Sequence record: NC_031010.1
Length of the DNA stretch: 64,000 bases
Direction: 5' to 3' (one strand)
The notes under the pieces were generated by a model. It had not been told where the DNA came from. It saw only the letters and a program-made list of their open reading frames with translations, and made no database searches. The translations under genes were made by a program, and so were the position numbers. Of this stretch, positions 42,768-52,871 are shown piece by piece (the first letter of the stretch is position 1; each line of letters begins with the position of its first letter).

Positions 42768-44540
42768 TTAATGGGTTGTGTGTTCAGCGTTGTCGGCCAT
42801 ACGCTTCATAAAGGTTTCGAGTACGGTGTCTTTGTCTGGCAGCAAGAAGAAGTCCGTGGCAATCTCCATGGCATTGATACGTCCCGCAGTCAGGTTCACC
42901 CCGACACGACGACGCACTTCTTCGGTTACCCCGTCAACGTAGATAAGCTCAATCAACGTTGTCTCACGCGATTGGTTTAACATATTCGTTGCCGATGGGT
43001 AGGCCTGCGTTAAGTCGGCATCCGCGGTTTGACCACGGAAGGCAGAATGGAAATCGCTAATCTCTGCCAGTATGTTACGCAAACCGTTCTCTTGGTTCAT
43101 GTGTGCGGGCAGGGTAACAATCCAGCCGTCGGTGCCGATAACCTCCTCATCCTTCTCGTTACGCATCTCCTTACCGGTTGCTCCGATGACCAGCCCTTGG
43201 TCGTACAGGTAAAAGGTGTAGGCATTACAGATACGTTTGGGTAGGGAGGGGAAGATATCGAACATCGACACACCGGCCAGCACCGAGAACGCCGAGGCCA
43301 AGTCTTTGGTCTTGTGGTCCAACAGGATAATCAACAGGTTATCCATGATGTTGTAGACCGCATACTCCGCCGGGAAGTCTCGCTGGGCCTTATCGTGCCA
43401 GCTCAGCTTGTCTTCGTAGTCCAGACCCGGAATGCTTAACTTACCAACACCGATTTCGGTTTCCAGAATCGAACTGAGTTTGTAGTTCGGACGGTTACCT
43501 TCGTGCGTACGGATTTTCTTAAACAAGCACATGGCATCAACACAATAGAACGACGCCATGCAGTACATCACATGCCACTGGTCAGCTGGGGATTTGGTCA
43601 GTGACTTGGACTCGGTCTTTTTGTTGGCCTGGTCTTCTTTGAACCAGCAACGACGATATTTAACCGGGACATCAGGATGACAGTAAACATCCTCAGCAGG
43701 AATACCTTCAGCCGCTAACTGGTTGACGATGCAGTTGTGGTCGAACTGGTGGTTCCACGCCACAACCAAGTCCGGCAGACGTTCGTGAATCTTCTGGAAC
43801 ATCGAGACGATACACGCCCCCGGTGTTGCACAGGTATAAACAAAGAGTTGGTAATCGCCAAGCACATCTTTTTCGACCCACTTCTCTTCCCCGGTGGCTT
43901 TGTCCTTTTCCAAGAACGGAACCCGGGTTAAGAGCTCTTTGGCTTTCTTGGCAATAATCTGGTCAGCATCTTTACCGATGCGATCCATGTACGGCTTGTC
44001 GCCAAAGAAGTGAATCTCATCATCCAGCACAAAGCTCATGATGTTCGGTTCACGGTCACGCCCTTCCCGCACGTTGGTTTCCACGTCGATAACGCAGATG
44101 CGGTTTTCAGAAACGAACTGTGACCACTTCTTGAGGTACTGGTTTTTGATGTACGTGGGCAGGGTTAAGTCTGCCCAATAAACAAACGGACTGCTGCACA
44201 CCTGACGCAGGCTTTTCTTTTTGTCAACGAAACGATAACCCAGCCCGAGTTGAATGGTGGCTGCCATGTTCACATCGGTGGTCATGAATTCCTGACACTT
44301 GCCGCGCTCTTCGTACTCTTTCTTTTCTTGGTGATTCCGGTGCTGTGGCAGAGTAATGTAGATGGGGCGTTTAACGTTCTCTGCAATGCGGATTGCCGGT
44401 ATCTGCCGACCATCATTAGTATGGATGACCTCTTTGACGAGGACACAGTCATTCTCTTTTTCTTCGTCTGTGGCGTACGTAATGTTTTTACATTCACGTC
44501 CCGCGATATCAGAGGGACTGTAATACTGATTCTGTTCCAT
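42768..44540 (-). CDS. family B DNA polymerase, 3'-5' exonuclease plus motif A part (phiKZ gp82-like)
   Basis: ExoI DVET, ExoII AWNHQFD, ExoIII YNIMD, motif A DADLTQAYPS. Confidence 0.88.
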   Translation of the reverse strand: MEQNQYYSPSDIAGRECKNITYATDEEKENDCVLVKEVIHTNDGRQIPAIRIAENVKRPIYITLPQHRNHQEKKEYEERGKCQEFMTTDVNMAATIQLGLGYRFVDKKKSLRQVCSSPFVYWADLTLPTYIKNQYLKKWSQFVSENRICVIDVETNVREGRDREPNIMSFVLDDEIHFFGDKPYMDRIGKDADQIIAKKAKELLTRVPFLEKDKATGEEKWVEKDVLGDYQLFVYTCATPGACIVSMFQKIHERLPDLVVAWNHQFDHNCIVNQLAAEGIPAEDVYCHPDVPVKYRRCWFKEDQANKKTESKSLTKSPADQWHVMYCMASFYCVDAMCLFKKIRTHEGNRPNYKLSSILETEIGVGKLSIPGLDYEDKLSWHDKAQRDFPAEYAVYNIMDNLLIILLDHKTKDLASAFSVLAGVSMFDIFPSLPKRICNAYTFYLYDQGLVIGATGKEMRNEKDEEVIGTDGWIVTLPAHMNQENGLRNILAEISDFHSAFRGQTADADLTQAYPSATNMLNQSRETTLIELIYVDGVTEEVRRRVGVNLTAGRINAMEIATDFFLLPDKDTVLETFMKRMADNAEHTTH

Positions 44541-44612
44541 GGGTGTCTCTCAAGCTATATAGGGCTTCTATAGTTATCCAGCGGAGACGTAATTTTATTA
44601 GAAGGAAAGATA

Positions 44613-45968
44613 ATGAAAGGTTACTGGGCTAAACGCGCCAAGACGGTGGCTGAGCATAAGCTCGTTGCCGCGGAGTCAATTCGATTCCAAGATAAAAAGA
44701 AGCTTGCGGCATTAGCGGAATTGGTTGAAGCCTTTCGGCGTGCCGGTGACTTCTCTCCTGCCGGGTATGAAAACTCCGGCATTGAAAAGTGGGTATTAGA
44801 AAACTGTGGTATCACCATCTTCTTTCGCAACGGCTCTGAAATCGGCTTAGCCGCTTATGCCTTTGCCGGTGTTGAGCCACCTAAGCTCGATGCCAACAAC
44901 CCAATTGTCTCCAACCTCCATCGCCAGTATTACCGTGGCAACAATGACTTGGATGCTTACACCAAGTTCATTAAAGAGAACGAACTGGCAGGCTCGTTTG
45001 ATGACAGCAACGCCAAAATCTCCGGTGACCTGTCGAAGGTCTCAAGCCCGCTGTATGTGACGCCTGTCCTGATGGACGGTCTGAAGATGACGGACTACGA
45101 GATTGCCGCCATCATCCTGCATGAAGTGGGCCACGTTTATTACTACTTCCGCAGCCTGATGCGTGGGGTGGTAGTGAACCTGATTGCTGACGCTGCGGCG
45201 AACCGCATGATGGGGATGGAGTCGGATGTGGAGAAGCTGCGCGTTATCAAAGACGTCGAGCGCATGCTGAACACCAAAATCGACCAGCCGGAAACCATCT
45301 GCAAAGAGTTCAAGAAAGAGAACATCTATATCCACTTGGTGACCGCGACCCTCTTAGAGCGTCCGAACATCACCGGGGGTGAAGGGTTTGGTAACCGTTC
45401 GTGGGAACGTGCGGCCGATGACTACGCTGCCCGCTTTGGCGCAGCTCCGCATCTGGCAACCGGTCTGTACAAACTGGAAACCGCGCCGATGTATCTGCTG
45501 CGCAGCAGCTCGTACATGAACATGGGTGTGCACCTGACGCTGGAGCTCGGCCGGGTATCCCTGTTGGTGTTGTGGTCAACCACGCCAATGGGTCTGCTGC
45601 TGGCTACCGCCTCCATCGCCTTTGGCCTGCTGGCCAATGACCCGTCAGCCACTATCTACGATCCACCGCAAGAGCGCTTTGAAACCATGCGTCGTGCATT
45701 GGTTGAAGAACTCAAAACACTGGAAGGGGCGAACACCAAAGCAGCGAACGCCCACCGCCAGCGTATCTTGGAAGGTATCTCGCAGATTGATGATTTGCTC
45801 AAAGTCGTGAAAGACAAAGACAATCTCTACGCGTTTATCTACAAGAATCTCATCCCATCCGGTCGCCGTGAACGTGATGCGGTGGACTACCAGCGCGATG
45901 TGGAATCGTATCTGTCTAACGACCTGACTGTTGCCATGAACAAACTGAAGGCGTCTTCCGCAAAGTAG
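44613..45968 (+). CDS. virion protein with zinc-metallopeptidase motif
   Basis: ILHEVGH plus downstream ERAADDYA; hydrophobic segment near the C-terminal third; N-terminal VAAES site. Confidence 0.7.
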   Translation: MKGYWAKRAKTVAEHKLVAAESIRFQDKKKLAALAELVEAFRRAGDFSPAGYENSGIEKWVLENCGITIFFRNGSEIGLAAYAFAGVEPPKLDANNPIVSNLHRQYYRGNNDLDAYTKFIKENELAGSFDDSNAKISGDLSKVSSPLYVTPVLMDGLKMTDYEIAAIILHEVGHVYYYFRSLMRGVVVNLIADAAANRMMGMESDVEKLRVIKDVERMLNTKIDQPETICKEFKKENIYIHLVTATLLERPNITGGEGFGNRSWERAADDYAARFGAAPHLATGLYKLETAPMYLLRSSSYMNMGVHLTLELGRVSLLVLWSTTPMGLLLATASIAFGLLANDPSATIYDPPQERFETMRRALVEELKTLEGANTKAANAHRQRILEGISQIDDLLKVVKDKDNLYAFIYKNLIPSGRRERDAVDYQRDVESYLSNDLTVAMNKLKASSAK

Positions 45969-45979
45969 CAACCGAGTCT

Positions 45980-46447
45980 GTGGGCCGCGGGCAATCCCTC
46001 TGGATGGTATTACCCTTCCATTGGAGCCCGCTCTCACCCGTGCAGATAGACCATGACCTCAACGGTATGCGTTACGGCGTGGAGACTCCGCCGTTAATTG
46101 CGTACAGCAGTAAAGTTGAGGCCATCAAGGCCGGAATTGAATGGGCGTCATTTAAAAATCGGTCAGCCGATTCAGAAAATTCCGTGGGGTCTTCTTCTGC
46201 ACCAATGAAGGTAGAGCAGCGTGGAAATACGTTATACTTGAAGGCACTGGGTTCGAGTAACACCCTCGTCAGTCAAGACACCATCTATCTTTATCGGCTT
46301 GACCCGAATGCCGCCTCTGAAGCGTGGCAACAGTCTTACGAAGGGTCCTTGCAATACTTCACGCACGGCGTAACCCCGTACGCGGAAGTCACGCACGACT
46401 CACTTCTCAATCTTATCAAAGACGCCGGTCTCACCGTCGCTTACTGA
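45980..46447 (+). CDS. hypothetical protein (~150 aa)
   Basis: Fills the operon; start uncertain. Confidence 0.6.
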   Translation: MGRGQSLWMVLPFHWSPLSPVQIDHDLNGMRYGVETPPLIAYSSKVEAIKAGIEWASFKNRSADSENSVGSSSAPMKVEQRGNTLYLKALGSSNTLVSQDTIYLYRLDPNAASEAWQQSYEGSLQYFTHGVTPYAEVTHDSLLNLIKDAGLTVAY

Positions 46448-46458
46448 AAGGTATTATC

Positions 46459-46902
46459 ATGACACACAAAGTTTCTTTAGGCGGACTCGTCTACGATTTC
46501 AAACGTGCGAACGAAGGCCAAGGTGTGCAGGCCACGCGTGCCTTGACTGCACTGGTGGCGTTCTCCATTGCGTTCTCTACACCGGTTCCGGACAACGGCA
46601 TCAATGGCTCACTGGAAGCGGCTAACCAGTTGCTGCGCCCACTGATGAGTTCGGTTATCTCTGATGTCAACGAAATCATGCAGGTTGACTTAGGGTCGAT
46701 TCAAGACCTGACGTCGGGCCTGTACCTGAACCGTTACGACTCCGCGTGGGGCCGCTACAAAGCACTGGAAGCGTTCACCATCAAACAAATCTTTGATGAC
46801 GCTGTCGGTAGCGATGTCTGGGCAACCGTGACCCTGTGGGCAGAGCGCTTCTTGGAAGCGGTTGGTTTCTACATGCAGGAACTGAAAGGACAGGCAGCAT
46901 GA
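46459..46902 (+). CDS. probable virion protein (147 aa)
   Basis: ATG 46459 after AAGGT; ATGA overlap with the next gene. Confidence 0.7.
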   Translation: MTHKVSLGGLVYDFKRANEGQGVQATRALTALVAFSIAFSTPVPDNGINGSLEAANQLLRPLMSSVISDVNEIMQVDLGSIQDLTSGLYLNRYDSAWGRYKALEAFTIKQIFDDAVGSDVWATVTLWAERFLEAVGFYMQELKGQAA

Positions 46903-48596
46903 CTTCAATGACTGGGCCTTCGGGCACCGTCAGTGTTCACCCGAAATGGCGTCTGGGTGAGATTGGCGCTTTGTTAAAAGACCGCATGGACGAGAAGGTT
47001 GATTCCGTTGACCAGCTTTCTTTGTACATGCAACGCAACGATGCTGACTTGGTGTACGGTGCGCGTCTGATGACGCAGATTGAAGCCGTTATCGAGCAAG
47101 TCAAACGTCAGGGGTTAAGCCGCGACCAAGCCGTGGCGGTGGAGTCGGTTCGCCCGGGGACTATCCCAAGCAACGTGCAAAAGTTGCTGACCTCCAACTA
47201 CAGCCGTACGCACCAGAAAGAAACACTGGTGGCGCTGGAGTCGTGGGCCAAAGCCGGTCGCATGGGACTTATCGTATTGGCCATCACTGCCCTGTTGAAA
47301 GTGGTGTCGTGGATTATCGAGAACGGAAAACCGTTTGGGGGGAAAGGCGATGCGGATGCGAGCGGGTATGCTTCGAAAGTCAAAGAGAAAGTTGATGCGG
47401 TTGAAGTGGGCGGACGGAGTGTTCTCGGTTCTCTGACTATCACCACGGTGAAAGATGCGTATCTGGCGTATGCCAAAGATGCGTCGTCAGTTGACCACTA
47501 CAACCTCTCTGTGGCCCAGCTGGACAAAGTGCTGGCTGACCTCAAAGCTGAAGACTTCCTGAACAAAGTTGCTGCTGCCAATGGCGGTAAGTCCCCTTTC
47601 ATGGCAATGTTCTCTGAATATGCCAAAGGCGGCAAGAAAGCTGAAAACGAAGTGCTGTTTGATGCCATCGATGCCCTGCTGGGTCTGTGCGTCACCTCGG
47701 CGGTGTTTGATGCGCGCACCTCTAAAGCCGCGTACGACCGTTTACCAAAAACGGTTCAGGCCACAGGCATGAAGTTTGCGTGTGACTTGGTGTACAAACG
47801 CTACGGCGGAACAGTGAAAGACCTTATCGACTACTTCAACGTGATGATGCGTGGCTTTGCGGCCATGGATCGTAAAACCCTGTTGGACAACTACCGCGAC
47901 CCACGCGGCGTGTTCACCAAAGGCCAGCGTTCGGTATTCCCGGCAGGTGATATCGCGGTAGGGTTGTTTGCAGAAGGTCTGGAGCAGTTGAACAACGCCT
48001 CAATGGGGATTGTTGACGACGCCACCCGTGGCTTCTCGTTCGACATGGGCCCTGCGGTGTTAATCGGTCCTGCGCAGTCCCGTGACTTGGTCGGTTACGA
48101 CGAAGGGATTGACATGGTGAACGGCATTCGCCTGCACACCACGCAAGAAGGGGCGTACTTTACCCGCAGCTCGTTCCAAACCCTGCGTGAGAAAATCAAA
48201 CTCACTGCAACCGATGCGCGTGGTATCTTAGCGGCCCTCGTGTGTTTGAATCCAGAAGGCTACACCAAGGATGCGAACCGTGGGGCACTGAGTAACTACA
48301 CGGCATTGCGTCAGCAGATTGACCAGTTCATGAAAGTGTTTGAAGCGTGGGCCGAGGGTGTGAATAAACTCGAGCCTGACTTCTTCAAATACCTCGCGGA
48401 TGCAATCCAGCGTGACGTCGGTCAGGGTAAACGTGGGAGCGGTGACGGTCGTGAGTTGTCACTGGTGTACATGAAGTCCGATGACTTCGTGACAGGTCTG
48501 CGTGCGAACATGGATGTGGTGCGCCGCATCTGTATTGCCGGTGCGTCGTTACAAGCGGTGGCGAACACCTCCACGCGTAACAAGATGGCAAAATAA
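46899..48596 (+). CDS. internal head protein, protease-processed (565 aa)
   Basis: AVE|S and ALE|S sites followed by a hydrophobic helix. Confidence 0.7.
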   Translation: MTSMTGPSGTVSVHPKWRLGEIGALLKDRMDEKVDSVDQLSLYMQRNDADLVYGARLMTQIEAVIEQVKRQGLSRDQAVAVESVRPGTIPSNVQKLLTSNYSRTHQKETLVALESWAKAGRMGLIVLAITALLKVVSWIIENGKPFGGKGDADASGYASKVKEKVDAVEVGGRSVLGSLTITTVKDAYLAYAKDASSVDHYNLSVAQLDKVLADLKAEDFLNKVAAANGGKSPFMAMFSEYAKGGKKAENEVLFDAIDALLGLCVTSAVFDARTSKAAYDRLPKTVQATGMKFACDLVYKRYGGTVKDLIDYFNVMMRGFAAMDRKTLLDNYRDPRGVFTKGQRSVFPAGDIAVGLFAEGLEQLNNASMGIVDDATRGFSFDMGPAVLIGPAQSRDLVGYDEGIDMVNGIRLHTTQEGAYFTRSSFQTLREKIKLTATDARGILAALVCLNPEGYTKDANRGALSNYTALRQQIDQFMKVFEAWAEGVNKLEPDFFKYLADAIQRDVGQGKRGSGDGRELSLVYMKSDDFVTGLRANMDVVRRICIAGASLQAVANTSTRNKMAK

Positions 48597-48600
48597 AGAA

Positions 48601-48640
48601 AAGTCCCACCTCCCGTAAAGGAGGTGGGTACTTCATTTTA
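48601..48640. terminator. bidirectional terminator
   Basis: CCCACCTCC-CGTAAA-GGAGGTGGG between convergent genes. Confidence 0.8.
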
Positions 48641-51592
48641 TTTGGCGTCGGTGTCGTGGCGGTTAAAGGCCAAGACGATGTCGTCCTTGAGTTTCATGGT
48701 GCCGTCCACGTCGAGCGTCAGTACCTTACCAATGGTGGCTTGTGAGGCATCGCCGACCACGGTGAAGATACGCCAGTCGCTGTCTGGTCCCATGCCACCC
48801 ATCTCAACCGCAATCACGGATTCCAGCAACTCTGACTTCAGTGCCTCGCCCAGCTTGGTGGCTGAGACGGTTTTGTTGGCAATGAGGTAATCGTTGATGA
48901 CCTTCGAGGTTTTGGTGCGGATGATTTTCAGCAGGTCGGTGTTCTGACGGTTTGCTGCGGTCAAGTAGTAACTCACCGTGAAACGGTTCTCTGCCTGAAT
49001 CGGAGTAACGGTACCGTCCTCGGTACGGGCTTGGATGTAACCCATGGTGGTGACCGGCACAAAGTACGCTTCGGTCTGGTCTAACAGGCTACCCGCAATC
49101 GCAGGAATCTTAACCGTTACCACACCCACAATGTAGTCAATCACCGAACGCAGGTACGCCTGCACTGTGGGGTCAGTGGCAAACATGTACCGGGCATCGT
49201 AGACTGACATCTCACTGCGGAAGATAAGGCTACGCGGTTTATCAATAATCGGTTGGTTATTGTTGTCGCGCATCAGGTCACCTTTGGTGTAGCGGATTTC
49301 CTGATTGCCGTTCTCATCCAACACCGGGTCACCTTTGCGGTGCAGGTAGACGAACTCGATGGTGTTGGTGTCTTTGTCGTACGTGTACTCGGGAATGGAG
49401 TCCGAGCCTTCCTTGTACTTGATGACATCCGATTCGTAGAACGCCAGCACATCCTCTTGGTAGTATTTGTAGTTAATCCCATCCGTCTGAGGACGGGCCT
49501 TACGCCAATACGCCGAGAGGGCCTTACCGAGTTGCAGGGTATAAATCTCCTGCGTAACACCGATAGCATCACGGGTCGGTGGGACAATAATCGCATCCAT
49601 GGAGGCACGCTCGTAGTTGCCCGGGTAGTAACCAGTGACACCAAAGAACACGTTGAACTCCGATTCAAGGGCAACCGGTACTGGTGTGGCATTGGCCGAG
49701 GCTAAACGGGTGTTGGTCAGAATCAGCTCATCGTTACGGTCAACGTCGAGGTTCGTTTCCAGTGGGAACTCCCACACACGTTCATCATCACGGTAGCCAA
49801 TTAAGGTGCCGTTGATATACGCGTACTGGTCGGTGTAGCCGCGAGGCACGTACGAGATTTGGGCAAAGCATTGCTCATCCGCGATAGCCTTGTAGGATGC
49901 TTCTGACTTCGTTACAACGCGTAATGCAAACCCTTTCTCGGTGGCCACCAGTTCGTAGTTACCCGACACCACACTCAGCGCGGTTGACACATTGGTTGAG
50001 ACAAAGCGTTTGCCGGTAACCTGCGGGCTGTCCAGCTGATAGATACGCACGTCGATTGCGGTGTTGTTGATGTCCACAACGTAATGGAACGGGGTGAACA
50101 TGTACGGCACCGCATTGGCGAGGTTAATCAGTTGGTCAGGTGCAAGGTTCTTGGCGAGCTCCGTCATCTGCGCATCCACCGTAATCGACCCGTTGGTGTA
50201 GCGGTAGATAGTCGAGGGCAGAATGGTCAGGCGGTTATCGTTAACGCGCACGGTCGACAGGTTCGCCAACTCATCCCAGCTAAACAGCAGCGGGGCCGTC
50301 AGGGCACCGATCGGGGAACTCACCCCTTTCACCGTCGAGGCAGGTAACGGCGAGGACAGGTGGAACGTGCGGCCGGTCACGTAGTCAATCGGTACCGACA
50401 GGTCCAAGCCGTAATCGTTCGCGGTTGATTTCACCTGTGCCAAGGTCACCGGTAGCTGGCGTTGACCAACGGCGTTGTTCACCACCCGGTCACGCAGCTC
50501 TGCAAAGGTCAGTGGCAGTCGACCCCCGGTGGTTACTGAACCGGACTCCGCGGTGAGCTGACGAATGGAGAAGTCTTTAATCGGGTTCGAGTAAGTCTCA
50601 TCCACTTCGCCATTGAAATCCCGCAGACCAAAGGTAAACTGGTCACCGGTGTACGAGGAGATGTCCACACTCAGCGGGCCTAAGGTGGTGTAGATGTCAA
50701 GGCGAATCTCACCCGACACCAATCCCGTTTGCAGATAGATAGACGGAATCGTCATCCGTACGTTCTGCCCGTTCACCTGAATCAACGCCGTGGCCACCTG
50801 TGGGTCGTACACGTCACGGGAGTGGGTATGTTTAATCTCAACCCACGTCCGGCTACCTGATGCTTTCATCCACACACGGGCGTAGAAGAAGTTGTTGGTA
50901 AACGGACGCTCCATGACGTACTGACTGTTACCGGCCACGGTGTCGTGGTTGTTATCCGAGGAGACCGAATACTGCAGCATTGGGATACGGATACCCAGCA
51001 GCATCGAGGTGGTGTTCGGCGCACTGGTCAGAATCCAATCCAGTGCATTGGTGGAGACCGGGGTAATCGGTGATTGGTTCTCGGTTAACCACACCACCTG
51101 AAACGCCGGTTGGTCCACGGTGCCGTAGGGCAGCACACGAATCTCAAGTGGGTACTGAATAGCAAACTCGTAACCGGCCACCTTAAACACCGTGTCACGC
51201 GGGAAGGTCACGCGGCGCACACCGTCTGAAATCAGCGGCATGGCTTTTGACATCACCGAGTCCACATCCAAGACCAACAGCATCTGCACACTGGATGGCT
51301 GGGCAAACACATCCACGTAATCCACATCCGACATGTGACGGAACAGGTCATCGTAGTCGTTGGCCATCGATGGGTACACTTTGGGCAGCATCTCACGCTG
51401 GCCTTGGATACTGGCGTGGGCTAACATCACCCCCATCTCTGCCACAAACACCACGGGGTCAGTGGGGTCCATCAAAACGACTTGGTTGTTCTCTTCTACC
51501 GCCGCCAGCTGGTTTAACATCAACGTCTGCATGGCAGCCGGATTGTGTGCCATTAGCAGCATGTTCTTTTTAAGCGTGTTGTAAGTATCCAT
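48638..51592 (-). CDS. large virion structural protein, probably baseplate wedge (984 aa)
   Basis: Start at TGATG overlap; beta-rich; GGRLPLTFAELR...AVG motif like gp6/baseplate-J proteins. Confidence 0.65.
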   Translation of the reverse strand: MDTYNTLKKNMLLMAHNPAAMQTLMLNQLAAVEENNQVVLMDPTDPVVFVAEMGVMLAHASIQGQREMLPKVYPSMANDYDDLFRHMSDVDYVDVFAQPSSVQMLLVLDVDSVMSKAMPLISDGVRRVTFPRDTVFKVAGYEFAIQYPLEIRVLPYGTVDQPAFQVVWLTENQSPITPVSTNALDWILTSAPNTTSMLLGIRIPMLQYSVSSDNNHDTVAGNSQYVMERPFTNNFFYARVWMKASGSRTWVEIKHTHSRDVYDPQVATALIQVNGQNVRMTIPSIYLQTGLVSGEIRLDIYTTLGPLSVDISSYTGDQFTFGLRDFNGEVDETYSNPIKDFSIRQLTAESGSVTTGGRLPLTFAELRDRVVNNAVGQRQLPVTLAQVKSTANDYGLDLSVPIDYVTGRTFHLSSPLPASTVKGVSSPIGALTAPLLFSWDELANLSTVRVNDNRLTILPSTIYRYTNGSITVDAQMTELAKNLAPDQLINLANAVPYMFTPFHYVVDINNTAIDVRIYQLDSPQVTGKRFVSTNVSTALSVVSGNYELVATEKGFALRVVTKSEASYKAIADEQCFAQISYVPRGYTDQYAYINGTLIGYRDDERVWEFPLETNLDVDRNDELILTNTRLASANATPVPVALESEFNVFFGVTGYYPGNYERASMDAIIVPPTRDAIGVTQEIYTLQLGKALSAYWRKARPQTDGINYKYYQEDVLAFYESDVIKYKEGSDSIPEYTYDKDTNTIEFVYLHRKGDPVLDENGNQEIRYTKGDLMRDNNNQPIIDKPRSLIFRSEMSVYDARYMFATDPTVQAYLRSVIDYIVGVVTVKIPAIAGSLLDQTEAYFVPVTTMGYIQARTEDGTVTPIQAENRFTVSYYLTAANRQNTDLLKIIRTKTSKVINDYLIANKTVSATKLGEALKSELLESVIAVEMGGMGPDSDWRIFTVVGDASQATIGKVLTLDVDGTMKLKDDIVLAFNRHDTDAK

Positions 51593-52845
51593 CAGCGTAG
51601 TATTCCTGCTTTGGTCAGCACAGTACGGTAGTCGGCTTGGTAAACGTACCAAGTGATGCGACGACGCACTGAGTCAAGATAAGGATAGCCGTAGTAGTTA
51701 AACAGCGGCAGTAGTTCAGCCGGGATAGGCACCAGTGAGTTGCCCCCCATCGGCGTGAACGTTTCCTGTCGAGGGTCAGGCGTCATGTCCGGGTTAAAGA
51801 TGGCCACCGTGCGGTTAAACATTTCCATGTAGAGCGGGTCATTGTAACGCGCCCCAAACATCTGCCAGTTAATGGTCACGGTGGTGTCATCATCCAGTGA
51901 CGGTTTGGAGTTGTCGACCTGCGCCATGGAACCGGCGTTGTTGTTCGTTGGGAAGCCCACACACATCGTCCAGAAACGGGAGATGTTGCCAAGGGCGTCG
52001 TAGCGAATCCCGTAGATGCGACTGAAGTAGTCCATGCGCCGTTGAATGGAGTTGCGAATCTTGGGCTTGAACTTGCCCATCTTCACGCCGGCCATGTATT
52101 CCAACCACACGGACATCATTCTCATGATGGGGTCGCCGTACGGGTTATTCAACGACGCAGACACCGTGTAGCCGTTGTTGACCTCGTTGGTGGAGTCCAC
52201 CATACCCCACTGTTCACGCATCAAGCCTTCCTGCGAAGTCCACACGTCCACCGACTCATCTGGCGGGGCGGAGAGGCTCATCAGCTGCGTGCTGAGTAAT
52301 GGTATGAAAGCCTGTAGGTTATCGAACGGAATGTCTGGGTGGAAAGGTGTCCCCAGACGGTTTTTTCGCTGACCATTAGCATTGCGTGGTGAATCCGAAA
52401 ACCCGAGCTCAAAGTCCGGGTCCAGTGCCGCCAGAATCGAGTAATCGAGCGACCCCTTCGGTTGTGCCGCCATGTTCGAGAAACGCCGCGAGTTGGCTAA
52501 ATTGTCGAACTCGAGGTTAAAGTCTGGACGGCTAAAGAATGTCAGTCCCCCGTATTCCTTATTAATAGGAACCGGGCTGGAGGCCATTCTATGGTTGAAA
52601 CCCATGAGGGGGTTTGTCATGCGTTGTGCAGCCAAACCTTGGCCGCTAAGCAAACGTAAGCGGGACGTCCATGCTGTTAACTCGTCACCGAGATTAAACG
52701 CAGTGATCGGGTTAGCGGTAGACCGGCGTGCATCAATGTATCCCGCGACTGAGGGCACGGCGTCCGCGTTGTTCGGATTGCTATAGCCGGAGTCCTCCGG
52801 GGTATTGGGATCATATCCCGGATCGTTTTCAGTCTCGTTACTCAT
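51592..52845 (-). CDS. virion structural protein, possibly tube-fold baseplate protein
   Basis: GGAG RBS before MSNETEND; coupled to the downstream baseplate gene. Confidence 0.6.
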   Translation of the reverse strand: MSNETENDPGYDPNTPEDSGYSNPNNADAVPSVAGYIDARRSTANPITAFNLGDELTAWTSRLRLLSGQGLAAQRMTNPLMGFNHRMASSPVPINKEYGGLTFFSRPDFNLEFDNLANSRRFSNMAAQPKGSLDYSILAALDPDFELGFSDSPRNANGQRKNRLGTPFHPDIPFDNLQAFIPLLSTQLMSLSAPPDESVDVWTSQEGLMREQWGMVDSTNEVNNGYTVSASLNNPYGDPIMRMMSVWLEYMAGVKMGKFKPKIRNSIQRRMDYFSRIYGIRYDALGNISRFWTMCVGFPTNNNAGSMAQVDNSKPSLDDDTTVTINWQMFGARYNDPLYMEMFNRTVAIFNPDMTPDPRQETFTPMGGNSLVPIPAELLPLFNYYGYPYLDSVRRRITWYVYQADYRTVLTKAGILR

Positions 52846-52871
52846 TATTAACTCCGGAGTTAGAAAAAAAG

